Positions 49,202 to 58,776 are shown, counted from the stretch's first letter. The stretch is 64,000 bases of DNA from a candidate division WOR-3 bacterium (GCA_027053075.1 JALUEE010000078.1:32001-96000), one strand, 5' to 3'. The notes: a model not told the origin generated them from the sequence alone. Program-made: numbers and translations.

Positions 49202-50061
49202 CCAGAATCACAGGGGACAATAAGGGAACCAAACCCCTTATTTCCGAGCTCGGCATCAAAGGTAAGGAGATTTTCCTCGGACAGGATGTCAAAAGGGAGT
49301 TTAAGGAAATTGATTTTGGTGAAGTTGAGGAAGGGATAAAGAGAGGGAGAGGGAGAAGGTTTTTTGATTCATTTAAGGGTAAAAAGGTGGGGGAGAGGGC
49401 TTATCACCGTGGTGATAGGGTGGACATTTTCTCAACTTTCTTGAGAATGCTGAAAAATGGGGGAGAGGAGATAGATGAGCTTAGGTCTGCCAGGTTTGAA
49501 GAGCCCAAAAAGCGTCTCATTCTGGTACTCTTAGATGCCAGTGATTCCATGGAAAGGGTGATAGATGCAACAAGGGAGGCCGTTGTTAAAATTCTCAAGG
49601 ATAGCTATGTTTCAAGGGATGAGGTGGCAATTATCAAGTTTCAGGGGGCAGATGCAGACCTTGTGATAAAACCCACAAGAAATGCCATATATGCTGATGA
49701 AAAGTTGAGAAGTATTCGGGTCAAGGGTTCAACTCCGTTAGCTGCCGGGTTTAGGAAATCTATTGATTTCTTAAGGAAGGTGAAGCCCCACTACAAAAAC
49801 ACACTTTTTGTTCTTGTCTCAGATGGGAATCCCAATGTTTCGCGAGATGGTGACCCTGTGGAAAGTGCGGTAAAACTTGCAGGGGAACTCAGACGTCTTG
49901 CCGATGTCCGTATCTTTATCAACCCCAATCCATCCCTTGTAGAGGTCCCAAGAAAAATAGCCGCAGCCCTCGGTGCAAAGTACGTCGAGCTAAAAAGCGA
50001 AGAAAAAACCACCGAAGCATTATCTAAAATGATCGGCTCGAAAGGTGGTCAGAGAATTTAA
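48113..50061 (+). CDS. ChlD-like AAA+ plus VWA fusion (about 649 aa) via -1 frameshift at 49188-49197
   Basis: A9G run just before TAG 49199-49201; the -1 frame is open from 49189 through the VWA ORF (DASDSM MIDAS, GSTPLAAG, VSDG) to 50061. Confidence 0.75.
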
Positions 50062-50290
50062 ATCCGTGGATGTTGCCTGTAATCCCACTTAGGAGTTTTT
50101 CCCGGGTTTTTCGGAGTCGATTGAAGAAATTTCCTGCGAAAGATGGGTGTTTAAAAATTTTTTGATGTTTTCTCATGTAGTGAAATTTAGATAACTGATA
50201 CTTTTATGTGTTGTTAGTCCAGTAAAGATAAATATTCGAACATTGTTTAAGTTGAGATGCTTTTGTTTATTGTGCGGTATTAATGGGGGT

Positions 50291-50321
50291 GGTGGGGCAC
50301 GCACTTCGTGCGTGCCCCACC
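50291..50321. repeat. Triloop-hairpin repeat at the left edge of the lanthipeptide region
   Basis: GGTGGGGCACGCAC-TTC-GTGCGTGCCCCACC. Confidence 0.85.
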
Positions 50322-50568
50322 CATTAATAAAAATTTTTGACTAATGGTTATATCTCATAAGTGACCTGGATGTTTTATAGAACTATTCAAAGGTCCCAGA
50401 TTTGAGTACAAAAAGAAATGGATATGTAGATTTTTATGTGTGGATTTTTGATTGGGTTAAAATTTGTCTAATAGTTGTATTTAGTACTTCATTTTGACTC
50501 ATTTCTAAGAACTATTTGAAATGTTTACTATCCGTCCTTTACAATCTCCCAGAACAGGAGTGGTTAGT

Positions 50569-51477
50569 ATGAATTTTGCTGGACTGCCCTTGGGGATCAG
50601 GGAAAAAGTTTTAAGGTGCCTCGAGATGTTTAATAAAGGATTCCCTATTCTAATCAGAGGAGAGACAGGGGTGGGGAAAAGTTTCCTCGCCCGGGAAATT
50701 CATAGAGCATCCAGATGGAAAGATGGAGAATTTGTACGAGTTGATCTTGCATCTCTTGAAAATGACCTCTTTGAATCGCAGCTGTTTGGATACGATAGGG
50801 GAACTTTCACCGGCGGATTAATCGAAGGTAAAGTAGGACTGCTCGATCTGGCGCAGGGTGGAACTGTTTTCTTTGATGAAATTGGGAATCTGGACCTCCG
50901 ATACCAGAAAAAGTTGCTTATTTTCCTGGACGAGAGGAGATACAGAAGGGTGGGAGGTAAAAATTATATCCATCTAAACGCAGGTATAATTTTTGCGACA
51001 AACATATATATAAAGGGTGCCCTGACCGAGGGGAAATTGAGGGAAGACCTGTACCACAGGATTAAAACATGTGAGATAGAACTGCCTCCTCTTCGGGCAA
51101 GACTCTTTGTGTTAGAGGAAATCATAGAGTTATTGATAAAGATTAAGAATCTCAAACCATTGAAGTTTACCCCGGATGCAATCGAAAAGATGAAAGAGTA
51201 TTCCTGGCCCGGCAATTTGAGGGAGCTATTGAATTTTCTTGTGGAATTGAACTCATTGGGGAAGCATACAATAGAGATATCAGACCTACCAGAGAACGTA
51301 AGGAATCACAATAAAGCGGATAGCAATGGAAGGATTAGACCTGAGCTGATAATAAATGAGCTGAGTAAAACAGGAGGGAATGTAAAAGAAACGGCAAGCC
51401 GGCTGGGGGTTTCGAGGCAATACCTATATAAGATGTTCCGCGCTTACAGGATAAATCCCGCGGATTATAGACGGTAA
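50569..51477 (+). CDS. Sigma-54-interaction-domain activator (bEBP) with Fis HTH but no N-terminal sensor domain
   Basis: GETGVGKS; ESQLFGYDRGTFTGG (GAFTGA variant); FFDEIG; WPGNLREL; GNVKETASRLGVSRQYLY. Confidence 0.85.
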   Translation: MNFAGLPLGIREKVLRCLEMFNKGFPILIRGETGVGKSFLAREIHRASRWKDGEFVRVDLASLENDLFESQLFGYDRGTFTGGLIEGKVGLLDLAQGGTVFFDEIGNLDLRYQKKLLIFLDERRYRRVGGKNYIHLNAGIIFATNIYIKGALTEGKLREDLYHRIKTCEIELPPLRARLFVLEEIIELLIKIKNLKPLKFTPDAIEKMKEYSWPGNLRELLNFLVELNSLGKHTIEISDLPENVRNHNKADSNGRIRPELIINELSKTGGNVKETASRLGVSRQYLYKMFRAYRINPADYRR

Positions 51478-51554
51478 GTTTTTATTTTTATTTATGAAGA
51501 ATTCTCTTCCGGACACGATGGAGCCGGAGGCTGCCAAAATTTTGCGATTAAAAG

Positions 51555-51616
51555 GTGTAAACAGGGTAGTTGACACAGCAAAACCCGCATGAAGACTGAG
51601 AAAATTCCACAAATAG
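51555..51616. promoter_or_regulatory. Duplicated regulatory segment with palindrome (copy 1)
   Basis: GTGTAAACAGGGTAGTTGACACAGCAAAACCCGCATGAA... is nearly identical to 58471-58533. Confidence 0.75.
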
Positions 51617-51698
51617 CATAAAAATACTGGAGAAATATAAAACATGATGATAGTATCTCTAACTTTGTAGACTCTTTGTAACAATATATAATTCCCAA

Positions 51699-52658
51699 AT
51701 GGATATTGTTGTCAGTGTAAAAAATCTGGAAAAAGTATATAAGAGGCAGCGTCGAGAATCTGGTCTAAAGAACGTAATAAAGGATTTTTTTAGAAGGCAA
51801 TATACACAGATACAAGCGCTTAAAAAAGTAAGTTTTACTGTAAGAAAAGGAGAAATCATAGGTTATATCGGACCCAACGGAGCAGGTAAAACTACTACCC
51901 TAAAAATACTATCGGGTATACTTTATCCATCTGGAGGGGATGTGGAGGTTCTTGGTTTTACTCCCTGGAAACGTAAAAGGGAGTTTCTGAAAAAAATAAC
52001 CCTTATAATGGGACAAAAAAATCAATTATGGTGGGATATTCCGGCAATGGATAGTTTTTTACTCTTCAAAGAGATATATGAGGTACCTGATCATATTTTC
52101 AAAAAGCAAATTAATACTTTATTGGATATGCTTGATGCTGGAAAACTTGTCAATTATCCTGTCAGACATCTTTCTATGGGAGAGAGGATGAAGATGGAGA
52201 TTGTTGCCGCTTTAATTCATAACCCGGACATAATATTTCTTGACGAACCGACTATTGGACTGGACGTGATGTCTCAAACTTCTATAAGAGAGTTTTTATC
52301 CGCTTATAACAAGGAATTTCAGAAAACCATAATCCTGACAAGTTACTACATGAAGGATATTGAAGAATTATCCAATAGGGTGATCTTTATAATGAATGGA
52401 GAAATTATTTATGATGGATCTATAGATAAATTAATCTCCAGAACTCTTTCTCACGAATATGTTGAAGTAACGTTTGGTACAGGTAAAGGATTTGTGAAAA
52501 AATCTTATAAAGTTAAAAAAGAAGAAATGCCAGATTTTCTAAGGAAAATTTTAACAAGTAACAACGGTTCTATAGTTGAGATTAGGCATAGAAAACCTGA
52601 CCTTGAAGAAGTTGCTCGTATTATTATGGCCTCTAAGGGGATTAAGAAAGATGAGTAA
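51699..52658 (+). CDS. ABC transporter ATP-binding protein (switch His replaced by Tyr)
   Basis: GPNGAGKTT, LSMGERMK, FLDEPTIGLD; LTSYYM where LTSHYM is usual. Confidence 0.9.
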   Translation: MDIVVSVKNLEKVYKRQRRESGLKNVIKDFFRRQYTQIQALKKVSFTVRKGEIIGYIGPNGAGKTTTLKILSGILYPSGGDVEVLGFTPWKRKREFLKKITLIMGQKNQLWWDIPAMDSFLLFKEIYEVPDHIFKKQINTLLDMLDAGKLVNYPVRHLSMGERMKMEIVAALIHNPDIIFLDEPTIGLDVMSQTSIREFLSAYNKEFQKTIILTSYYMKDIEELSNRVIFIMNGEIIYDGSIDKLISRTLSHEYVEVTFGTGKGFVKKSYKVKKEEMPDFLRKILTSNNGSIVEIRHRKPDLEEVARIIMASKGIKKDE

Positions 52659-53433
52659 ATATGTGAGATTAATTTACAATTCTATGGCGGAAACCCTAAC
52701 TTATAGAGCAAATCTTGTTATCAGTTTTGCTGTTATAGCTATTCCTTTTATTATCGCTGTTATTTTCTGGAGGGGAGTATTCTTTGCCAATAATTCTGTA
52801 GCAGATTACTCGCTTAAAGACATAATCACTTATTATTTTATAGTATTGTTTGCGCAGGATTTTACCTACCCTGTGTTAAATTATGATATTGTTATGGATA
52901 TTAAAAACGGGCGGTTAAATTTTTTACTGATAAAACCTGTTAATTATTTCTGGTATACATTTTTCTTAAGACTCGGGAGTAATATAGTTTATTTGAGTGT
53001 TGTCACGGCTTTTTTGATAATATATGTACTCATTTTCGCTAAGTTTCTGATACTGAATCCAAATAAGATACCCGCATTTCTATTATCTTTTTTGCTTTCT
53101 TACATATTAGGTGCACTTATTAGTTTCTTTTTTAGTATTTTTACTCTGTTTTTAGAAAACTTTGCAGGGCTTGAAAGTTTTGTAAACTTTATTGTTCCAG
53201 TTTTTTCTGGAATTTTGTTACCAATTAGTATGCTCCCGGGTTTATTATATAAGATATCCTTATACTTGCCCTTGAGATTACTTGTTTTTTATCCAGTAGA
53301 GATATATCTCGGAAAGAAAGATCTGAATAAAGGTATAATATATTCGTACCTTTTTTGGATATTGCTTTTCGCTATAATCAATTTATTTGTCTGGAGGGAG
53401 GGTTTAAAAAAATATAGAGCAGTGGGTGGATAA
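52651..53433 (+). CDS. ABC-2 family permease
   Basis: TYRAN, DIKNGRLNFLLIKPV, FSGILLPI, YPVEIYLG, C-terminal GLKKYRAVGG. Confidence 0.85.
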   Translation: MSKYVRLIYNSMAETLTYRANLVISFAVIAIPFIIAVIFWRGVFFANNSVADYSLKDIITYYFIVLFAQDFTYPVLNYDIVMDIKNGRLNFLLIKPVNYFWYTFFLRLGSNIVYLSVVTAFLIIYVLIFAKFLILNPNKIPAFLLSFLLSYILGALISFFFSIFTLFLENFAGLESFVNFIVPVFSGILLPISMLPGLLYKISLYLPLRLLVFYPVEIYLGKKDLNKGIIYSYLFWILLFAIINLFVWREGLKKYRAVGG

Positions 53434-53436
53434 CAG

Positions 53437-54225
53437 ATGAGGAAGTATCTAAAAATATTCAAATTACAACTGGTAAATCAAATTGTATCCTACAGTATTT
53501 TTAAGGGCGACGCTATTCTGCTTATAGTATCTGATACTTTTGGGCTGATTTTTTCGGTGATATTTTTCAAAGCACTTTACAACAACATAGATTCTATTGG
53601 TAGCTGGAACTATGAATCAACACTTTTATTGGTAGGTATTGCAAATTTTGCGGATTCTTTTTATAGGTTATTATTTGAGAAAAATGTGCGAAGGATTTCT
53701 GCTTTTGTAAGAAAAGGTACATTGGATTACGCGCTAATTAAGCCTATTGATGTACAATTTTTTCTTAGTATAGGAAGATTCAAATTCCAGACTTTATCTT
53801 CCCTGCTTTTCTCGATTTTGGTTATCCTTCACGCTATGAAATTATTACAACTTACAATTAATGTTTTTAACGTAATTGTATTTATCATTCTTTTGATAAC
53901 AGGTGTGTCTTTGCGTTATATATTCAGTTTATATTCTTCTATCATTTCTTTTTACACTACCAGAGTTTCTGCTTTCTATTCTTTACAAATGGAGATTTTC
54001 AAATACGCTGAATATCCCTTTGATGTGTTTAGAGGATTAATTGAAAGGATATTTTTCACGTTTATATTTCCAATTGTAATAATTGCCAATGCCCCGGCTA
54101 TAGTTATTATACAAAATAGAAACTATTGGGTGATTTTAAGCGTCTTTATCAGTGTAGTACACTTCTATTTATCTCGAATTTTGCTTTTTGCTTCAATAAA
54201 TAAATACCAGAGTGCAGGAGGTTGA
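53437..54225 (+). CDS. ABC-2 family permease
   Basis: IGSW, VRKGTLDYALIKPID, YPFDVF, C-terminal YQSAGG. Confidence 0.85.
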   Translation: MRKYLKIFKLQLVNQIVSYSIFKGDAILLIVSDTFGLIFSVIFFKALYNNIDSIGSWNYESTLLLVGIANFADSFYRLLFEKNVRRISAFVRKGTLDYALIKPIDVQFFLSIGRFKFQTLSSLLFSILVILHAMKLLQLTINVFNVIVFIILLITGVSLRYIFSLYSSIISFYTTRVSAFYSLQMEIFKYAEYPFDVFRGLIERIFFTFIFPIVIIANAPAIVIIQNRNYWVILSVFISVVHFYLSRILLFASINKYQSAGG

Positions 54226-54226
54226 T

Positions 54227-56089
54227 ATGTTTGTGTTGTTGATCATTGCGCTAAGCTTTAACAATTTTCACCGTTTCTTCCCGAATAGTGGGGAAATGAT
54301 GGAAAACCGGACATTTGCGACTGTGGAACTGGTTAATGACACACTCGTGATTAATGCAAAATGCCACTCTAAGTATGGAATTTACACGGAATCTCTTGAC
54401 AGGGATGAAATAAAGCCCGGTGAAGATTTCTTCGGTATTGTAATCACACAGGACAGGAATACGGGTTATTTCTTCCTGATAAATGCAAATGGTATAAAAA
54501 GCGACGGAGTAATCGTCCATAAAAGCACAAAAAGAAAAGCCTGGGATTATGTCTGGAATGTGAGCTCAAAGAGGTTTGATGATTCTTTATGGGTTGCAAA
54601 TGTCAGGATTCCTCTTGATCGACTAAACCTTGAATACAAAGACAGTCTCATCCTGTACGTCAACCTCGTCAGGAGCGCAAAGCTCGGAGGCGTAGGCAGG
54701 TATGAGTCAGGGACTTATGTGCCCATTGTGGGCTCAAACTTCTATGATCTCACTTTTACTCAGAGGGTTGCTCTCCCGGTTGAGAAGAGAAAAGCAGGGA
54801 CAAAGTTATTTATTGAGCCCTATGTGGCGGTTTACCGTGACAGTGGAGGTGTTTTCTTTAAAGAAGGGGAGGACATAACTTTAAAGAATCAGACTGGAGA
54901 GCTTGCGATAACAGTGAATCCGGACTACGCAACAGTGGAAAGTGATGTGGAACGATTTAATCTCGACAAATTACAGATGCTCTACTATCCGGAAAAGCGT
55001 CCCTTTTTCATGCATGGTTTTGAGCTATGGAACCTGCCCTTTATGGTACTTTACACGAGGAGCCTGACGGAGATAGATGCAGGGGTAAAGGCAAATGTTA
55101 AGAGAGAAAATATGAGCTTCAATGCATTCCTTATTGAGGAAGGGGACACACTGTCAGGCTATTTTAGAAGGAAACGTCTCACCGGTGGAGTCAGGGGATT
55201 ATACTCAACCGAATACGGGGACTTTGGGCTCTTTTATCTAAGTAGCAGGGACAGTTTTGAAGCAAAAGGTCTTGATGCAATGTTTTACCTTCCCTTTCAG
55301 CTCAGAGTAAATATGCAATATACACTGGACCGTTCGTCAAAGAGTGATTTCTTTTTACACATTTACCGGTTTGTTGAATCCGGAGTGGATGTGGAAGCCG
55401 GGTTGGAGAGACTTGATAGTGTGAGAATAAATACAGCTTACATACCATATCCCTTATACACTCGCTCCGCATGGCTTTATCTCACCTACAATTTTTCAAG
55501 GGATAGCAAAATCTTACCCAATGGCTACTTAAGTATAGGTGGGACACATGGAGAATACCTAAACGGAAAACTCTATGAAAATAGTGGTTCAATAGTGGCC
55601 TCAGCTGGAATTCTCAGTAATCTACGGGTGGTATATAACCTTATACCCTAGAGAAGGAACGCTGGCAATACGATATATGATAACTTGTTGCATTACTTTG
55701 AGATAGACTACCAGCCCCTGACACATCACTACATTGAAATTGAGACACAGTTTGGTCGTTACTTTGGAGGGGTCCAAAAATACTACTCTGCAGAATATTC
55801 GTACAAAGGTGAAAAGCTCTTGCTCGCATCTGGATACGGCTACGACAGCGAGCCTTTTTACACGCAGAAGCGCATATATTTGAAGGCAAAATACAATCTT
55901 ACCAATGACTTAAGGGCAAGACTCTTTGTGCAGCATTCTGAGATTTCAAAAAGGAATGAGGTAAACTTTTTGACGGAATACCGCATAAAGCCTGGAACTT
56001 TCCTTTATTTTGTGATAAACAGGACCGAAATAAATGGCTCCCCGCAGGTTAATTTCATGGTTAAGTTTAAAAGTTATGTGGGGATATAG
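54227..56089 (+). pseudogene. DUF5916-family outer-membrane protein interrupted by a single in-frame TAG at 55649-55651
   Basis: VNPDYATVESD...YYPEKRPFF...LYTR; ORFs 54212-55651 and 55685-56089 share a frame with open codons between (P*RRNAGNTIYDNLL); joined length about 620 aa vs the 644-aa paralog at 42322-44256. Confidence 0.7.
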
Positions 56090-56196
56090 ATACAATAATA
56101 AATCCTCATTTCTAATACCATAATGTCTTTAAATTAACCGGGAATATTTCCATAATCAGCACATAACGTGGAACATCAAATTCATCTCATTGAATT

Positions 56197-56306
56197 CCTC
56201 CCCCACGCACTCTTGTGCGTGGGGGAGGTTGGGAGGGGGTAACCTTGATATAAATTTAAAGAGGCCCCTTCCCTACCTTCCCCACAAGCAAAGCTTGTGG
56301 GGAAGG
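56197..56306. repeat. Two hairpins of the repeat family
   Basis: CCTCCCCCACGCAC-TCTT-GTGCGTGGGGGAGG and CCTTCCCCACAAGC-AAA-GCTTGTGGGGAAGG. Confidence 0.8.
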
Positions 56307-56424
56307 AGATTCTTAAAAAATTTAAAAGTGCATCATTTAATCGGTTTTAGTATAATAAAATGTGTGGTTCCACATTCACCATGGTAAATTTGATTTAAGT
56401 CGATATTAATTCCCTGGGGGATTT

Positions 56425-58368
56425 ATGGTGCTGATACTTTTATTGGCAGGAATTTTGGTTAGAGTAAATGTTGTTGATTCTTCGTTGAGGCATATAAAAG
56501 ATGCTGAGATAGTGATAAAATCCGATGGAGAGGTTAAGAGGGTGGGGGAGGGCGACTTCGTCGCCCTCCCCCACCCTCTTAATATTTTCTACATCTCCGC
56601 TCCCGGCTGGCACTCCATTCAGGATACACTCTACCTGACCAAAGACACCACTCTAACCTTCATCCTTACCCCAATCGAATACAAAACTGAAGAAGTTGAA
56701 GTTATCTCTTCACCATTACCATCAGGAGATGTGAAAATTAAGAGAGAATCTATTATTGAAACACCATCTCCCATAGCTCCTGATCCCTTAAGGCCCATAT
56801 TGAATCTACCGTTTGTTGAGCCTGGAAATGAGCTCTTACCTTTTTCATTCTATGTAAAAGGTGCTGTACCAGGTGAAAACTCTGCCTTTATCGAAGGTTA
56901 CCCCCTTGTTTTCCCTTTCCATTTTGGCTTTACAACCGCTGTTCCTGTCTATTCTTTAAAATCTTATGACTTTTACACGGTCTATATTCCACCTGAACTT
57001 TCCCTGAAGGTGTCTTCGGCCATCAATTTTCATTTAAGGAATGATAGGACAGATGAACTCTTTGTTGATCCAACCTCATCTATCAATTTTGTCCATTCGA
57101 GAAAGGACTTTTTAGCTTCAATAAGATTCACATCCATGTCGCTTCCGGTCTATTTAATGACCAAAAATATTCTCTACTATTTTGGAGATGTTATCGGGAG
57201 ATTTCGCAATTTCATTTCATATATTTCCTATGACTTTGCACGGGACAGTGTTACTGATATGATAGAGTGGGATTTTCTAAATTTTATGTCAGGAATGAGG
57301 ATTGGTGAGTGTAGGGTGTATTTTAGCAGCGGTATTTATCATTTGAAATATCTGGATACAGGTGAAAAGGATGCTTCCAGCTCAGAAAGCTTTGGGATTG
57401 TGGGAAAAGCTCCATTTTCTCTTGGCTTCCATTTTAGATTTTTGAAAATTGATGCAAATTCGAAATACTTCCCGTGGATGAACGGCAGCTATAGGGTTTT
57501 TGAAGGCCAAATCTGGAGAGGAATGAAGTTTGGTGGCTTTCGTATTACACCTATGTTCAAGATAATAAAAAATGGGAGGTGGAAGATTGACCTCATGCCT
57601 CAATTTGGATTTGGATACCTGTGGAGAAGATATTATTTGAGAATCACATCTGGTGCCAATTCACAGGTGGAATCTTCACCTAATAGCGGATGGTTAGGTG
57701 TGGCCAATAAAATGACAAAAAATTATTATTTGCAGGCTGAATCCGGTGGAGAAAAAGTTACATTTGGTGGATTTGTAAGATATTATCCCCATGAGTATTA
57801 CATAGCCGAGCTTGCAAGGGTAGATACTGTTATCAGCAGTAGTGACACCCTATGGAACCTAATTCCATACGATTCACTTTTCCATGTAAGGAAATTTGCC
57901 GCAGGTGCTTATGTCTCGTTTTCTTTCGGAAAGCAATTCTGGCGATTGAGTGGAGATGTGGGTATTTTGAAAGGATTTGAGAGCACGGGAAAAACAAAGT
58001 TTCCACTCCCATACACTCCGGAAATTTCAATTAAACTCATGCCATCTCTTAGATGGGGTAAGAACGTGATTGATGTTCCCATTTACTTTAAGAGTGGAAT
58101 TAAGATTCCTGAGTTTTATGGTGACACCGATATTGGACCTATAGTATATGAGAAGCCCAGGACTATTAATTCAAAGGTTTACCTCAGGGTAGATGTAAGC
58201 TGGGCACACAGGTTTCACTTCCTGGGCTCAGAGAGCAGGTTTGTTCTTGGAATATTTAATCTAATTGGTATTAAGCCCGACATTGGATTTGAACCGGGCG
58301 AGGATAAATTTGTAAGAATTCCCATCCCCTCAGCAGGTGTGTGGATAAAATTTACTAAGAATTATTGA
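56425..58368 (+). CDS. Divergent TonB-dependent receptor-like outer-membrane protein
   Basis: N-terminal carboxypeptidase-regulatory-like segment; plug-like DPLR..LNLP.V...FYVKGAVPGENSAFIEG; YLRVDVS...IFNL...IPIPSAGVWIKF C-terminus. Confidence 0.6.
   Translation: MVLILLLAGILVRVNVVDSSLRHIKDAEIVIKSDGEVKRVGEGDFVALPHPLNIFYISAPGWHSIQDTLYLTKDTTLTFILTPIEYKTEEVEVISSPLPSGDVKIKRESIIETPSPIAPDPLRPILNLPFVEPGNELLPFSFYVKGAVPGENSAFIEGYPLVFPFHFGFTTAVPVYSLKSYDFYTVYIPPELSLKVSSAINFHLRNDRTDELFVDPTSSINFVHSRKDFLASIRFTSMSLPVYLMTKNILYYFGDVIGRFRNFISYISYDFARDSVTDMIEWDFLNFMSGMRIGECRVYFSSGIYHLKYLDTGEKDASSSESFGIVGKAPFSLGFHFRFLKIDANSKYFPWMNGSYRVFEGQIWRGMKFGGFRITPMFKIIKNGRWKIDLMPQFGFGYLWRRYYLRITSGANSQVESSPNSGWLGVANKMTKNYYLQAESGGEKVTFGGFVRYYPHEYYIAELARVDTVISSSDTLWNLIPYDSLFHVRKFAAGAYVSFSFGKQFWRLSGDVGILKGFESTGKTKFPLPYTPEISIKLMPSLRWGKNVIDVPIYFKSGIKIPEFYGDTDIGPIVYEKPRTINSKVYLRVDVSWAHRFHFLGSESRFVLGIFNLIGIKPDIGFEPGEDKFVRIPIPSAGVWIKFTKNY
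56534..56582. repeat. Perfect 23-bp-stem triloop hairpin inside the receptor-like CDS
   Basis: TTAAGAGGGTGGGGGAGGGCGAC-TTC-GTCGCCCTCCCCCACCCTCTTAA, read as KRVGEGDFVALPHPL. Confidence 0.85.
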
Positions 58369-58470
58369 TCAATGTAATTATATCATGCATCGTGACTTTC
58401 CTGAAATTCCAGACTCAAATTTATCAAAAGGGGCACAAATTCGAAACGAGTTTATACATGTTCCACAGAA

Positions 58471-58635
58471 GTGTAAACAAGGTAGTTGACACAGCAAAAC
58501 CCGCATGAATACTGGGAATATCCCACTAAATAGTACAAAAGTACTGTAAACAATTAGTTGACACACATAAGTTGTGATACTATCAACACTTACAACATTT
58601 AAAAGCAAACCAGTGTAAACTAATTAGTTTACACT
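58471..58635. promoter_or_regulatory. Three TGTAAAC-N5/6-GTT(G/T)ACA palindromes (candidate bEBP enhancer sites)
   Basis: 58471-58492 GTGTAAACAAGGTAGTTGACAC; 58545-58563 TGTAAACAATTAGTTGACA; 58612-58635 perfect AGTGTAAACTAATTAGTTTACACT. Confidence 0.75.
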
Positions 58636-58707
58636 TTGCATTGAACCTCATAAATGCAAGAGACGAAAATCCTCTATATTACTATACTTTACGTTTCGTT
58701 ATTTCTA

Positions 58708-58723
58708 CGGAAGAAAAATTGCT
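58708..58723 (+). promoter_or_regulatory. Candidate sigma-54 promoter for the precursor-lanKC operon
   Basis: CGGAAGAAAAATTGCT: GG (58709-10)-N10-GC (58721-22) with TTGCT -12 box, 53 nt before the precursor ATG. Confidence 0.6.
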
Positions 58724-58776
58724 ATTAAATAATAATGGTAGCGCGCTATCGAAAAACTTAAAAAGGAGGTAAAGCT

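Noticed and set aside
51492..51698. Minus-strand ORFs 51492-51698 and 58378-58608 sharing VFMRVLLCQLPCLH as a possible Cys-rich peptide family
   Set aside because: The similarity is confined to the duplicated palindromic DNA segment; better explained as a regulatory repeat than as genes.
55649..55651. Pyrrolysine or TAG reassignment
   Set aside because: TAG ends other genes here normally (e.g. 49201, 56089, 63264) and no pyl genes are visible.
14339..56306. Hairpins as integron attC sites
   Set aside because: No consistent RYYYAAC/GTTRRRY boxes or extrahelical bases, no cassette array and no integrase; the flanking genes are housekeeping.
58736..58751. TGGTAGCGCGCTATCG as the sigma-54 promoter
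   Set aside because: No GC at the -12 position (GG-N10-TC); the element at 58708-58723 fits the spacing.
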